DNA of 63,384 nucleotides, filler included, from Reclinomonas americana ATCC 50394 (taxonomy: Eukaryota): the NCBI GenBank assembly GCA_048213135.1. It is 12 parts of 8 records of this genome, joined end to end, with 100 filler letters (N's around TTAATTAATTAA, not from the genome) between each part and the next. Parts side by side here need not be neighbours in the genome. Positions count along the whole stretch, not along the records: positions 33,362 to 39,060 come from PS015903.1; positions 39,161 to 41,648 come from PS015903.1; positions 41,749 to 56,092 come from PS015904.1; 9 more parts are not named here. One strand, written 5' to 3'. Shown here piece by piece: positions 35,201 to 49,200 of this stretch. Below the pieces are notes generated by a model. The model was given only the letters and a program-made list of their open reading frames with translations, was not told the origin of the DNA and ran no database searches. The translations under genes and the position numbers were made by a program. The first letter of the stretch is position 1; each line of letters starts with the position of its first letter.

Positions 35201-37214
35201 ATAGAAAGTGAAAGAGCAAATTGCATGTCAAAAAGTGCTCACATATCATCCTCTCTTCTCTCTCCCTCTCTCACATCCCTCTCTCCCTCACCCACAGACA
35301 CTCAACTTTGGCAGCAAGTTCTCCGTCACCAACGCGCCATGTCTCTCATCATCATAGCGTTCCACTCGCGTAATCAGCCCACTCCTCGACACACCCACCA
35401 CACCATCCTCATAGTACACAAGCTCACTCTCGCCACCATCGCTGGCCTCCAGTGCCGCGCTGGAGTCGGCGTGGTGCATGGCACTAGTGCGCGTGGAGGA
35501 AGAGGAGGAAGAAGGCGCGCGAAGCTCCGGACGGCATGTGAGAATGCGTGCGCGGAGCAGCTGTACTTCGTCGGTGGCCTGGTGCTGCTCGCTTGACATG
35601 AGAGATGATTGAGAGATGAGATGAGAGGACAAGTGAATGCTGGACATGCATTGGTTGTCGTGTATTTGCTCGACGTTGTGCGCCAGCTCGCTTATCGCCA
35701 ACAGCACTGGCCTTCTGGAGCCAGCGTGGTGCATCGCACTGGTGCACGTGGTCGACGAGGAGGAGGAAGAAGAGGACAACGCTGACCTGCGTGCACGTGC
35801 NNNNNNNNNNNNNNNNNNNNNNNNNNNNNNNNNNNNNNNNNNNNNNNNNNNNNNNNNNNNNNNNNNNNNNNNNNNNNNNNNNNNNNNNNNNNNNNNNNNN
35901 NNNNNNNNNNNNNNNNNNNNNNNNNNNNNNNNNNNNNNNNNNNNNNNNNNNNNNNNNNNNNNNNNNNNNNNNNNNNNNNNNNNNNNNNNNNNNNNNNNNN
36001 NNNNNNNNNNNNNNNNNNNNNNNNNNNNNNNNNNNNNNNNNNNNNNNNNNNNNNNNNNNNNNNNNNNNNNNNNNNNNNNNNNNNNNNNNNNNNNNNNNNN
36101 NNNNNNNNNNNNNNNNNNNNNNNNNNNNNNNNNNNNNNNNNNNNNNNNNNNNNNNNNNNNNNNNNNNNNNNNNNNNNNNNNNNNNNNNNNNNNNNNNNNN
36201 NNNNNNNNNNNNNNNNNNNNNNNNNNNNNNNNNNNNNNNNNNNNNNNNNNNNNNNNNNNNNNNNNNNNNNNNNNNNNNNNNNNNNNNNNNNNNNNNNNNN
36301 NNNNNNNNNNNNNNNNNNNNNNNNNNNNNNNNNNNNNNNNNNNNNNNNNNNNNNNNAAATTGGTCGGGCTTGAATCGTCTGTGGCCGCGGCTGCAGACCA
36401 GACCATATCCAAGCACCTGCACAAGCACCTTCTCGCACACCAGCCACGGTGACATCGGCAACATAAAGCGTGCACGCGGTCTGAGACTTTCAGCATCGAT
36501 ATTGGAGCTGCGAATTCGATCGGAACCAAGCATCATTCACCAGCAAACAAGCACCAGCTGCCTTGATGACCAAGTTCAACCATAGCCAAAACATCAACAC
36601 AGACACCAATCTTGAGGCAGCAGCAGGTTCCTTGCGAGTGTTTGAATTCGCTCTCGGAGCTCCGAACAAGTCGAGAACTGCAATCTTCACCGCAAAAGCG
36701 TGGTTGACCTGTGGATTTGACGCACTTGCACAGACGCATAGCGTTTTCTGCGATCGTAGACGGCACATTGAATTCGGGAAAAGGCCACAAGCCAGGCAAA
36801 CAACGCAATGCCGGGTCCGGATCCGAGAAGCAGGCAAAGCAAGCAGTGGAGGTGTGACGTGGTTGAAAAACAGAAGAGAGCTTGTCATGCTGTTGGTGAG
36901 GCTCATATCGGTGGTGGTTTTGGGGGTGGAACGCTGAGGTCCTCTGCAAAGCTGGAATTCGAATTCCATATCGCGCAGAATTCGAATTCGAAGATCCCGC
37001 TACCCCCTTCCCCTTCCCCTTCCACCTCCCCCTTCCCCCCACTTCTCACCCTCTTGTGTAACACGCTGTACACAACACCCCCCAACGCACAGAAAAAAAT
37101 GCGGTTTTTCGCTCAACCAATTTGTCTGAAAGCTCGATTTTATTTCACTCTTTCGGCGAGAAAAGTCACTGTTGCGGTTTTTCCTCTCACATCACACCGA
37201 CACACGCACGCAAC

Positions 37215-38406
37215 ATGGGCACCTCTCTCTCACGCGCTCTCGCCGACTGCCTCGCTGGCGGACGCAAGAAGACGCCACCGGCCGGCGGCCAGCAGAAGAA
37301 GAAGAAGGTCACCACCCCGACCAAGTCGTGCACAGTCAACAACAGAAAGGTGCTGTACCACTTGCCAGAGGCGAGCGCGTCGATGCCTGAGCTCGCGTGC
37401 GCCACACCCGTGTCGACGCTGGACGGACGGCCGTTCCACAGCATCGAGACTCTGGAGGACCCCGCAGAGGACGAGCGGCCAGCGGGAGAGCAACTTCGCG
37501 GCGTGACCATGACGACGACAACCATGTCGGCGTCGATGCTCAACTTGTCGCTCATGTCGCCGAGCAGTGCGGGCGGCTGCGGCAGTCCTGCGCGCTCGGC
37601 GCTGGCGTCGCGCTCAGGACGGCGACGTTCGTCCATGGTGCGCTTCGAGGCCACGGTGGAGGTGCAAGAGTTTGAGCGAGGCACTGACGTGGAGTCGTTT
37701 GCTCGCGCACGGAGGTCGTCGTTGACGCCGGTTTACTCGGTGGAACTTGGATCGCCGGCCAGCAGCACGGCGAGCCCGACGGCGTCGCCTTCCATTCGCA
37801 CCTTGTTGGCCATTAAGCGCACAGCCAAGGCCACTACTGCACCGGTGTTTGCGGAGGGACAGGCACCAGCGGCAGTGACAGCGGCAGAGCCGGCGGTGCT
37901 CACGCCGACACGCGTGCAGGTCACGCGGCAGAGACCTGCCTCGTTGGCGCGCATGTTTGCCGAGGCCGCAGCGCAGCCGCAGTCGCGACGCAAGCCGAGC
38001 AAGTACGCGAGCGACAATCCCGACGATGCCATGATGGTGTTTGACGAGCCGGCCGCCAAGGTCGGCGACTCAAGCGATGCCGATGTGGTGGTCATTGACG
38101 ATGCCGAGTACAATCGCCAGCTCAAGTCGTATTGCGCGTCCGGAGGGCGACGCGCCTCGGTGGCCTCGTCGGGCAAGGGCGAGAGTGGCTTGTTGGATAA
38201 GGTTTGTTACGGGGGGAAAGGAAGATGGCACGCGAGCACAAGAGCAACCTGCTGACTCTCGTTGTGCGCAGTCGCAGGGCACCGACAATGTGCTGGCGTG
38301 GTGTGCCGATGTGTGCGCCGATGCCGGACGGCGGCACAGCATCAGCAGTGCGACGTACGTGCCGGGCTATGGAATTGCCACGGGACGTACGAGCCGAGCA
38401 CTGTAA
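37215..38406 (+). CDS. Hypothetical Ser/Thr/Arg-rich protein with N-myristoylation-like start (MGTSLS), copy 1
   Basis: Long exon 37215-38200, intron gtttgt..gcgcag, last exon SQGTDNVLAWC...SRAL*. Frame is conserved in copy 2, including an in-frame 6-nt indel. Confidence 0.7.
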
Positions 38407-38642
38407 GGTTGAAAGGCACGCGGAAGAGAGAAAAAGAAAAAGAAACGATACGACAATGTATAGGACGAGGGGAAGATTGTGTAATCGATATGATCTAACG
38501 CACGTATTGCAGCAAACAAAAACGATATGTAGGAGGAGGAAGAGGGGGAAAACGACACGCACGCACACCACCACAAACAGAAATGGCAATGGAGTAACCA
38601 AGGGGTGGCGGCGGCTCAAAACAAAACACACAAAAAACAAAA

Positions 38643-38822
38643 TTACCACAGCAGAGGCCCGTTGCCCAGGTACTTGTGGATCAGGCCCTCGTAGTACGGT
38701 CGCAGAGCCTCCATGTCCATCAGCACGTTCTCCTTGGTGTAGAGGTCGTAGCGCTGGAAGCGGCGCAGGACGGGAAGGAGCTCGCGGTCGCGGTCGGTGA
38801 GGAAGTGGTCGTATGCGTTGTG
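38643..38822 (-). CDS. MIOX: Myo-inositol oxygenase last exon, second copy
   Basis: HNAYDHFL..RRFQRYDLYTK..LRPYYEGLIHKYLGNGPLLW*; near-identical to 41024-41203. Confidence 0.85.
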   Translation of the reverse strand, partial: HNAYDHFLTDRDRELLPVLRRFQRYDLYTKENVLMDMEALRPYYEGLIHKYLGNGPLLW

Positions 38823-38890
38823 CTGGGTGGGGAGAACATGAGAGGTGAGCGACAGGAAGGGGAAGGGATGAGAGAGAAGGGAAAAAAAAA

Positions 38891-38982
<92 letters not shown>

Positions 38983-39598
38983 GACGACGTACGTACGTAC
39001 GTACGTACGTACGTACGTACGTACGTACGTACGTACGTACGTACGTACGTACGTACGTACNNNNNNNNNNNNNNNNNNNNNNNNNNNNNNNNNNNNNNNN
39101 NNNNTTAATTAATTAANNNNNNNNNNNNNNNNNNNNNNNNNNNNNNNNNNNNNNNNNNNNTCCGTGAAGCAGGCAAAGCAAAAACAGTGGAGGCGTCGTA
39201 ATTGATGCAGCGGTGTGGTTAAAACAGTAGAGAGCTTGCCATGTTGTTGGTGAGGCTCATATCGGTGGTGGCTTGAGCAGGTGGTAGGCGCAGTCGTTGC
39301 GCTCCTTCCCGACGTCTGCTGCAAAGCTGGAATTCGAATTCCGGATCCATATCGCGCAGAATTCGAATTCGACGATCCCGCTACCCCCCTTCCCCTTCCC
39401 CTTCCCCTACCCCCTTCCCCCTGCCCACTTCTCCTTCTTGTGTAACACGCTGTACACAACACCCCCCAACGCACAGGAAAAAATGCGGTTTTTCGCTCAA
39501 CCAATTTGTCTGAAAGCTCGATTTTATTTCACTCTTTCGGCGAGAAAAGTCACTTTTGCGGTTTTTCCTCTCACATCACACCGACACACGCACGCAAC

Positions 39599-40785
39599 AT
39601 GGGCACCTCTCTCTCACGCGCTCTCGCCGACTGCCTCGCTGGTGGACGCAAGAAGACGCCACCGGCCGGCGGCCAGCAGAAGAAGAAGAAGGTCACCACC
39701 CCAACCAAGTCGTGCACAGTCAACAACAGAAAGGTGCTGTACCACTTGCCAGAGGCGAGTGCGTCGATGCCCGAGCTCGCGTGCGCCACACCCGTGTCGA
39801 CGCTGGACGGACGGCCGTTCCACAGCATCGAGACTCTGGAGGACCCCGCAGAGGACGAGCGGCCAGCGGGAGAGCAACTTCGCGGCGTGACCATGACGAC
39901 GACAACCATGTCGGCGTCGATGCTCAACTTGTCGCTCATGTCGCCGAGCAGTGCGGGCGGCTGTGGCAGTCCTGCGCGCTCGGCGCTGGCGTCGCGCTCA
40001 GGACGGCGACGTTCGTCCATGGTGCGCTTCGAGGCCACGGTGGAGGTGCAAGAGTTTGAGCGAGGCACTGACGTGGAGTCGTTTGCTCGCGCGCGGAGGT
40101 CGTCGTTGACGCCGGTTTACTCAGTGGAACTTGGATCGCCGGCCAGCAGCACGGCGAGCCCGACGGCGTCGCCTTCCATCCGCACCTTGTTGGCCATTAA
40201 GCGCACAGCCAAGGCCACCACTGCACCGGTGTTTGCGGAGGGACAGGCACCGGCTGTAGTTGCGGAGCCGGCGGTGCTCACGCCGACACGCGTGCAGGTC
40301 ACGCGACAGAGACCTGCATCGTTGGCGCGCATGTTTGCCGAGGCCGCAGCGCAGCCGCAGTCGCGACGCAAGCCGAGCAAATACGCGAGCGACAATCCCG
40401 ACGATGCCATGATGGTGTTTGACGAGCCGGCCGCCAAGGTCGGCGACTCAAGCGATGCCGATGTGGTGGTCATTGACGATGCCGAGTACAACCGCCAGCT
40501 CAAGTCGTATTGCGCGTCGGGCGGACGACGCGCCTCTGTGGCCTCGTCGGGCAAGGGCGAGAGTGGCTTGTTGGATAAGGTTTGTTACAGGGGGGAAAGG
40601 AAGATGGCCTGCGAGCACAAGAGCAACTTGCTGACTCTCGTTGTGCGCAGTCGCAGGGCACCGACAATGTGCTGGCGTGGTGTGCCGATGTGTGCGCCGA
40701 TGCCGGACGGCGGCACAGCATCAGCAGTGCGACGTACGTGCCGGGCTATGGAATTGCCACGGGACGTACGAGCCGAGCACTGTAA
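39599..40785 (+). CDS. MGTSLS hypothetical protein, copy 2
   Basis: Near-identical to 37215-38406. Confidence 0.7.
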
Positions 40786-41023
40786 GGTTGAAAGGCACGC
40801 GGAAGAGAGAAAAAGAAAAAGAAACGATACGACAATGTATAGGACGAGGGGAAGATTGTGTAATCGATATGATCTAACGCACGTATTGCAGCAAACAAAA
40901 AACGATATGTAGGAGGAGGAGGAGGGGGAAAACGACACGCACGCCCACCACCACAAACAGAAATGGCAATGGAGTAACCAAGGGGTGGCGGCGGCTCAAA
41001 ACAAAAACACACAAAAAGCAAAA

Positions 41024-42030
41024 TTACCACAGCAGAGGCCCGTTGCCCAGGTACTTGTGGATCAGGCCCTCGTAGTACGGCCGCAGAGCCTCCATGTCCA
41101 TCAGCACGTTCTCCTTGGTGTAGAGGTCGTAGCGCTGGAAGCGGCGCAGGACGGGAAGGAGCTCGCGGTCGCGGTCGGTGAGGAAGTGATCGTATGCGTT
41201 GTGCTGCGTGGGGAGAACAAAGAGAGGGTGAGCGACAGGAAAGCGAAGGGATGAGAGAGAGGGAAAAGGGAGGGAGGGAGGGAGGGAGAGAGAGAGAGAG
41301 AGAGAAAGGAGAGGACAGGGGCGTCACAGGCCCTTGACCCTCGGCATTCTTCATCCCTTTTCCTTCCTCACCTGGTGATGCGCATAGCACGAATGATAGC
41401 GGATGCAGTGCAGGCCCTCCTCCGGGATGGTGCAAGTGGGGTGGTTCTTGAGCACGCGGTACATGTACTCGTCGTGCCCGAACGTGAAGAGCAGATTGTC
41501 GAGACCGCAGCCGGGCGAGTAGATACCAAACTGAGACGCAGAAAAGTAAGCAACAGCGGGGGCGCATTTTCTCGCGTCGCTAACCCCTCGTCGCACCTTG
41601 TCAAAACGGTCGGCATTCAGCGAGTTGAATTCGGCGGCAAAGGGCAAGNNNNNNNNNNNNNNNNNNNNNNNNNNNNNNNNNNNNNNNNNNNNTTAATTAA
41701 TTAANNNNNNNNNNNNNNNNNNNNNNNNNNNNNNNNNNNNNNNNNNNNTGTGTGTGTGTGTGTGTCAGTGAGTGATGATTGAGCTTAATCAATCAGCGAT
41801 GAGTGAGTCGTGTGTGTATGTGTGTGTGAGTGTGAGTGTGTGTGTGTGTGTCTCCCCACCTTTACACGCGGAGGCACTGCGTTGGTGACATAGTCGCGAA
41901 ACTGAGCCTCGGCCTTGTGCTCGGGCTTGTACACAGCCGCCACCACATCAGCATCATCGACTACAGTGACATCAGCAGCAGCAGCAGCAGCAGAGGTGGG
42001 AAGGTGAGAGGAAGGCGCAGCGGCACTCAT
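41024..42030 (-). CDS. MIOX: Myo-inositol oxygenase (middle exons lie in the gap)
   Basis: Exons 42030-41860 (..AQFRDY..), ~41648-41597, 41530-41372 (GIYSPGCGLDN..FGHDEYMYRVLK..IRYHSCY) and 41203-41024 (YDLYTK..PYY..LI.KY). Confidence 0.92.
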
Positions 42031-42945
42031 GATGATTTGTGCGTTCTCTTTTCTCCTGTGTGTGATGATGATTGTGATGAAAATGAGCGAGGACACCATG
42101 CGCATCTTCGTTTCGTCCCGGGCCAGAGAAGCCTGCCACGGGGGGGAGGGGCTGCGTATTTGTGAGGGAAGAGGAAGCTGTGTTTGCTTGCGAGGTTTGC
42201 AGTTGCATACGCGCCTTGATGTGGAACATGTTCAGTTTCTCGAATTCGCTGAAAACAATGCACGCGCTGTGGAATGGAAGCCTCCTCTGACCTCGTACAC
42301 CGATCAGTGAGTGCTGGCCTTCCTTTTCAAGCGAAGATAGCGCACAGGAAGCGGTCACAGCCTGCGAAAAACGCCCAGTACCGCAATCCGAACACGGCGC
42401 CTTCTGCACACGTGCCATTGCACGTATGACACGGGCAATGGTGTGATACGAACCGGGCCCGTGCGCTTGACTGCGAGGGGCAGGCACTGCACTTTGTACG
42501 GCTGGTATACCCTCAGCTCAGTCAACTTCGCACTGCGATCTCGATCGATCTAGATCATGGTAATGCTGTCGGAACTGCAGGCAGAGGCACTGTTCTCGTG
42601 TTACCTGCATGGTCCACCTGCATGCTCTACGCCGAGTCGCACCTTCATCTCTGCCTCGTCCTCACGTCACGGTGGCGAAGATCCGACAACTTCGCGTCCC
42701 GTGTTTCGGTCTTCCTTCCGATCATCCGCGATGTTGCCAGCGACTCTCCAGCGCACCTCCACTGATGTCACCGTGACAGCAACGATGAGGACAACAGCAC
42801 CTGTGGCGATGGCCAGACGAAGAGTGTCATCGCATTTGTCTCCCACGTCTGCTTCTGGCAACACCGCAGTGACGAAGACGACTGTGGCCGGTGCGGTCAA
42901 TGGTGAGAGAGAGAAGAGAGGAAGAGAGTGAGGAAGAATCAACAT

Positions 42946-42976
<31 letters not shown>

Positions 42977-43274
42977 CTCTCTTGCATTCTTCCTGCTTTC
43001 TTGCTCTGCCCCATAGAGTGCGCATTGTGTGCTATGCTGGGGAGGGTGCATGTGTCACTGGATCTATCATTCGTGCATGGATCTGAGTGAGTAAGAGCCT
43101 TCTATGCATCCATTCTGCACTCTGCTGTTGATTGGCTCTCTCCACTTCCTCTTCTTCTTCCTCCTCCTCCTCCTCCTCCTCCTCCTCCTTCTCATCGCTG
43201 CTGATCTCTGTGTTGCTGCGACAGATGACACTTGTTGTTGCGGGCAGAGACTCCCGTGCGAGTGCGCTTCCCAG

Positions 43275-46068
43275 ATTGCAGCACTGCGGAGGGATGCTGA
43301 GTCTTTGCTGGAGACATGTGCGTCTCACTCATGCGCCAATGAATTGGTGCTTATCTCTCACTTGGCGGTGCAGTCGCTCGCCTGGAACGCACCGAGCTCG
43401 CCATGATGAAGACCATCGAGGTGCGTGGGGAAAGCTTCATGATTGTGCGCAGGGGTGGAGAGAGAGAGAGGCACGTTCAAATGAAGGGCAAAAGTGGGAG
43501 AGAGAGAGAGAGAGAGAAAGAGGGTGGTGGGAGGCGGGGAGAGACTCTGATCGCATACACCCAGCGATCAAGGGCCATAGGGGGAGTGAGAACTGATCTA
43601 CACGCGTGCACCAACCAAGGGAGTGTAAGTGCGACCTGAGTGTGGTTTTCTCTGCACCCGTCACTCCCTTAATCGTATGATCAGTGCCTCTCTCCCACTG
43701 ATCGAGGGTCACAGTGGGAGAGTCAGTACACGCATGCACCGACCAAGGGAGTGTGTGTGTGAGAGAGAGAGACACTGCCCTTACGATCAAGGGAGAGAGA
43801 GTGGGAGGAATACGGATTACTCGAACTTTCTGATTAAGGGACATGGGGGGGAGGAGAGACACTGATCTACACTCATGCACCGACCATGGGAGTGAGGGAG
43901 TGAGCTGATCATAAGCACACAGCGACCAAGGGAGGGGGGCGAAGAGGAAGTCTCAGATCACCCTTCTCAATAATCCGTCTCAACGAACTTTGCTTGCGAT
44001 TGCAGCTAATATCACAGCGCAGGCGCGACGCGTCGCTTCTGGGCAAGCGCTCGTCAGAGGTTAGGCTGTCGCGCGGTGCTCCCTCCCTGTTCACCAGCAG
44101 CCCTCATCGTGTCTGCGAGCAGTCGAAATCAGTTTGCGAGGACCGTGGAAGCGATTCACCACCCAGAAAGGTGTACTCACCATCTCCTTTGCTCTATTCT
44201 CTCGTTCGTCTGCTTGCTTACCGCGCGCCTACAGCGTACCGCGGTGTGTCGCGTCGCAGAGTCGGAAGACTTGAGCGAGGATCAGCAACTGATACTAGAT
44301 AAGCTTCTCGTTGCGTGTGCATGGTTTGCTCGCTAATTTCTGCTGCATGCACTCAACATACTTGATGAGTAGAACAGCAATCGTAAGAGGATACTGGTGA
44401 AGGCGTTTGGCTACATGGCGCCCGTGTGCATGAGAAGCACCGTTCTCTGCCATCAGGATGCACTCTTCCACCTCGCGTGTGAGGAATGCGGGTTGCCGTC
44501 GTCTGGGCCAGGCAGTCCGTCATCTGCAGTACGGCGCTTGTTTGGCACGTCATACGGCAGTAGTGCCAACCACGTACGCGGTCAAACTCCCAAGTCAGTC
44601 AAGGGCGTGCTGGCGACGATCAGTAACTTCATTTTGGTTTGCACCTGCTTGCTTCCCATCTGATGATGGTGATTGTGATGATCCAAGGACTGCAGGAGAG
44701 TGGGTTCCGAGGAGACGCACTGGTGGATGCTGTTGAGCGACCACCGATTGTGCTTGATGAACGCGGATTCTCCGAGGTTCGGCAGTATGAAAGAGAGAGA
44801 GATATCCTGGCTGGTAAGCTTCGGCACTCACCTTCCTCTTGCAGGAATGCTGGGAAAAGGTGCAAACGCACGCCGTCAAAGAGAACCTGCTGTTGCCGTT
44901 TGTTACAAAGGCGGTGCGAGCGCTTCGCGGCTGTCCTGGATTGCTGGCTGCGTTGCTCCGCGATGCCAGTCTTTCGGAGGCTGAAATCGCACGTGCAGTG
45001 GAGTGGTGCAGAACAGCAGTCGTGGACGAGTATGCTACTGCTGCAAGTGGGAAGAAGCTCACGAAAAAATCGCGGAAGAAGGAGCTGCCATGCATCGACG
45101 ATGAAATTCCAGCACCGGTTCGTGAAGTTGCGACACAGATCGACTCTGTTCAGTCGTCCACTCGCATGCCGATGCAGGTGAAGGCGTCTGGTGCTTCCCA
45201 TCACAGTCACACGTCTGGCCCTCTCTGCGAGTCTGAAGGATTGAGCGAGGACGAACGTCAGCTTTTGGAGAGACTATTGGTGCGTGCAGTCGCTGAAGAC
45301 AAAACGCCCTGTTCGCATCGATAGCTGACGTACAAATAGGCGTGCAATCGACAGAAATTGCTGGTGACGGCGTTCGGCTACATGGCGCCTGTTGCCCTGT
45401 CGGCTACTGTTCGCCATCATCGGCACCTGCTCTGCGAGATTGCGTGCGTTGAGTGTGGTGTTTCGTGGTCCGAAGCCGATCGACCATCGCCTGCAGTCGT
45501 CCGCAAGTTTGGCAAAATACTTGGTGTTGCCGCGAATAATCTGCGCAAGCGCACTCCTTATTCTGTGGAGGCTGTGCTCAAGCGAATGAGCAGCTTTGTT
45601 TCGGTGAGTACGCCAGTCGGGCCGCATGATGGGTCTCACCCACTGACTCAATAGTTCTGCGGAGTAGGAAAGCGAGCTTCGTGGTGCCTCGTTGGCTGAC
45701 GCAATCGAGAGACCACGCATCGTGCTTGCCGAAAGTGGATACTCTGAGGTTCGTACACTGCTGCAGAAATCGGCTGCTAGAGTCGTCAAGTTGCACTCAC
45801 GCTTGTCGCTGCTGCATTGGTGCCTGATCAGACTTTATCAAAAGCAATGTGTAATAGGGCGAACTATCTGTTGCCATTTGTCGAGCAAGCTGTGCAGGCC
45901 CTTCGTGGATGCCCTGGTGTGATGGCTGCCCTGCTTCGAAATGGGTCGCTGTCGGAGGCACAGATCGCGCGAGCCGTCAAGTGGTGTCGAGCGAGGAACG
46001 GGATACCAACCGACGTGAAGAGAGTGAAGAGGATGGAGGAAGAAGAAGATGAAGAAGGAGAGGACTGA
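43275..46068 (+). CDS. Hypothetical multi-exon protein: short coiled coil plus two copies of an unrecognised ~180-200 aa domain (5' exons may extend to ~42557)
   Basis: Repeat 1 at ~44260-45015 and repeat 2 at ~45235-45995 share LSED...L.LL, LV.AFGYMAPV, ACxECG, PS.AV.R.FG, LxDAxERPxIVLxExGxSE and LLPFV..AV.ALRGCPG..AALLR..SLSEA.IARAV.WCR, with introns at the same three positions. Confidence 0.7.
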
Positions 46069-46215
46069 GGGCGGAGGATGGAGGTGACTGGTTTTTTGCG
46101 GCTATGGTGGTGCCAAACATGAAGTAATTCAAGCATCTAGATCTGCCATCGCCATCGCCAGGACGGCAGTGTTGACGAGAGAAGAGTGAAATGAAGCGAA
46201 TGCCAATGTTGGCCA

Positions 46216-49200
46216 TTAGGCACAGCGAAAGAGAGAGAAGTGCGGTTGGATATAGCACATTTTTTCGCTCCATATCTTCAAACCCGACGTGCAGTCACCG
46301 CTCGTCGCACACGCGGTCCCTGTCGACGTGGCCACCACGCCACTCTTCGGCACACACTGCTTTGTCGACGCAGTGAATGTCCACGAGCCGCAGGCAGTCA
46401 GTTGGGAGCACCACTGTGAGCAGGCTTGTGGTCCGGTTGTTGTCTTGATGGCCCATGTGAGATCGCCACCAGGTCGATCTGCATGCAAACAATAAGCCAC
46501 ATGTCAGTCACGCATCTCTCATCTCTACCACTCACCCGTGCTGGTCTGGAAACCGCTGCTGTCGTACGCAGCCGCACTCGTCTTGCGTCCCGAAACCAAG
46601 CAGAAATGCGAGCCACACACATTGCCGGTCTCAGCATTCGCCGCCGTTGCCGGCACGGTACTCTGCACGCAACAAGAAGGTGAGCTCGTCGATCCTCGCA
46701 AGATCGCTCTTCATGTGCTCGATCATTGCATGCCTTCAGCGTGCACACACTCGTGCCGTACGCGTTCGATGCCGCAGCAGCATCCAAGAATGTCCACGAT
46801 CGACATTGCGAATACTGATCGCACAATTCGCAACATCCAACTTCGCTGGCAACGGCCGACAACACAGCGACGATCGTGCCGCCGGGTCGATCCACAGCTT
46901 CGAACTGGCACACTTCCAAAGCCGCTGCTCGAAGCGAGTGCGAGTGAGACAGCAGAAGATGACGAGAACGAAAGCCCACAAGTAACGCAACAAGCCACAG
47001 CTCCATTCTGCACCGTTGAACAACTTGTGTTCATTGCTACACACGCAAATCGATAAAGTTAGTGCCGTCCCCCATAGTGCTCACTGTGCACACCATCTGC
47101 CACGAAGAGAGAGAGAGAGAGAGAGAGACAGCTGAAGGACGTCGTCATAGAGAAAACGGTGCTGGACAGCGTCAAAAGCGGGCAACACTCTTGAAAGAGA
47201 AAGACTTCATGCGTATGCAGTCTGCAATCGTCGTCAACCCGTGATACCACTACTCTGCGCTTCGCCTATCTCCCACAGTTGGACTCTGGACAACACTGCC
47301 CTCTTCCCACCCTAAGCCAGTAATCTTTGACCCGCTACACATCACCCTCCACTCTTCACCTCGATTCCTCTGATTGTCTTCCCTCGCCATTCTCAGCCCT
47401 GCACGTCTTGGCACTTAACCCTCTCCCTTGTCCATCTGTTCCCCTCGTCTCTTATCTCCTTTCCCCCTGGCGCACCATAGACAATCATGAACTGCTTGGT
47501 GTACGTCAGCGTGCCATCGCTCACTTGCACAAACACTTGCAGTCGCCGACTCAGCGGCGGAGCCACCGAGATGGTCAGCTGATTGCCACCAACCAGACTG
47601 AAAAGAGCCGCATGCACACCACCAACAATAGTGAATGTCGGCGACTGTCCCGTGTTGAGATCCAGCATGCTCAGTGTGCCCACGGTGAATGGCACCGTCG
47701 CACTCGAGTACGTCTGCGCACCAGACAGCAGAATGTCACTCGGACCAACACTCCCTGCACATAAATATGGTCATCTGACACTCGCATAAAAACACATGCT
47801 TACATACATACCGACATCCATGCACATAGAAGGAGAGGGGAGAGAGAGAGATAAATTGCGACAGAGAGAAGAACAACATGAAGGAATGAAGCACAGTTCT
47901 AGTTCTCCACACACAAACAAACAAACGACGCTAAATACTCCCTGCGCTCGTTCTTCCCCTTATTCCTCACCAATGGCGAATGCCGACACCGCCAGATACG
48001 TCTTGGTTGACGCCCACCGTGTGCACAGCTCGTATGTGCCCACAGCTGCACCCGCCGCTCCAATTGTCAGCGTGATGCTGGTCGCACTGCCGAATGCACT
48101 GCTGACGGTGGTGCTGGCCACGGCCGTCGGCGGCGTCGCGGCGGCACAGAGAGGAGTGGCCACCACATACGCCGACGCATCGGCCGAGTTGTTCACCAAC
48201 GCGGTTCCCGTCAGAGTTATCAACTGGCCAGCCAGTGCTGACACAAAGGTGGCCGACAGCGAAGTAACAGTCGGTGCTGCACGCAAAATGGGAAGGCAAA
48301 TCAGCATCATCGCGCATCACAACAACAGCACATAACAAGAATAGCACACACCAGCAATGTTGAGGGTCTGATCGAATGACATTGCAGGGTTGCCATTGTC
48401 GGTGGTGCGCACAATCACCACCAACGAGGCCGTCACTCCCGCACCCACGAACTGCAGCTGGTTGCCAGACGCAACCGACACCAATGCGCTGCTGGCACCA
48501 CCCACCACCGAATACGTGAACGATTGCTGCGAGTCCACATCACTCGTGCTCATCGTGCCGATCGTCTGCCCCACCGCGCTGGGTGGAATGTATGAGCTCG
48601 CACTCAGCGTCACCGCCGTCGGTGCATTGTTCACTGTGGGAAGACAAGGTCAGCATCCACACCATCATGATCATCAATCAACCATCCACTCACCCGACGT
48701 CACACTGAATGACTTGTCGAAGAACATCGGAGGTGTGCCATTATCAAACGACCGGATCGTGACGGCCAGCGGACTTCCCGACTGGCCCGCCGACGTGATC
48801 TGCAACTGAGCGCCTCCTCCCAGGGAAAACACATTGCTGTTTGCTCCTCCACTGACCGCGTACGTAAACGACTGTCCCACGTTATCGTCGCTGGTGCTCA
48901 TCGTACACACAGCCATGTTGGCCGTCGACGGTGCGACATATGTGGTGGTAGAGCAAGCAATGTCGGTCGGCGTCGAGTTGGAGGTGGTGAAGGAGATGGT
49001 GGAGCCGGTGAGCGTGGTGGGCACGGTGGAGGTGGCGAGGGCACGAAAGTAGTACGTCCAGTTGGCAGCGAGTGATGTCAGCGACGCGGTAAGGGCGGTG
49101 CTGGAGGCGACGCCGGAGGTGGCGGGTGTGGCGGAGACGGTGGAGGAGCCGATGGTGAGCCGGCGGATTGTAGAACTCATGTAATCTGCGAATGCTTATG

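Noticed and set aside
38980..39060. (ACGT)n run, and similar tacg-rich tracts at ~11393-11460, 52890-52954 and 53482-53545
   Set aside because: Occur only at contig ends after microsatellites and match the TACG pyrosequencing flow order; likely read-end noise.
31307..42030. Metabolic gene cluster (CBM20-RING, guanine deaminase, MIOX)
   Set aside because: No shared pathway; the genes are separated by gaps of unknown size.
43540..43900. Spaced imperfect repeats superficially like a CRISPR array
   Set aside because: Repeats are degenerate, spacers are not unique or of fixed length, no cas genes, and the context is a eukaryotic intron.
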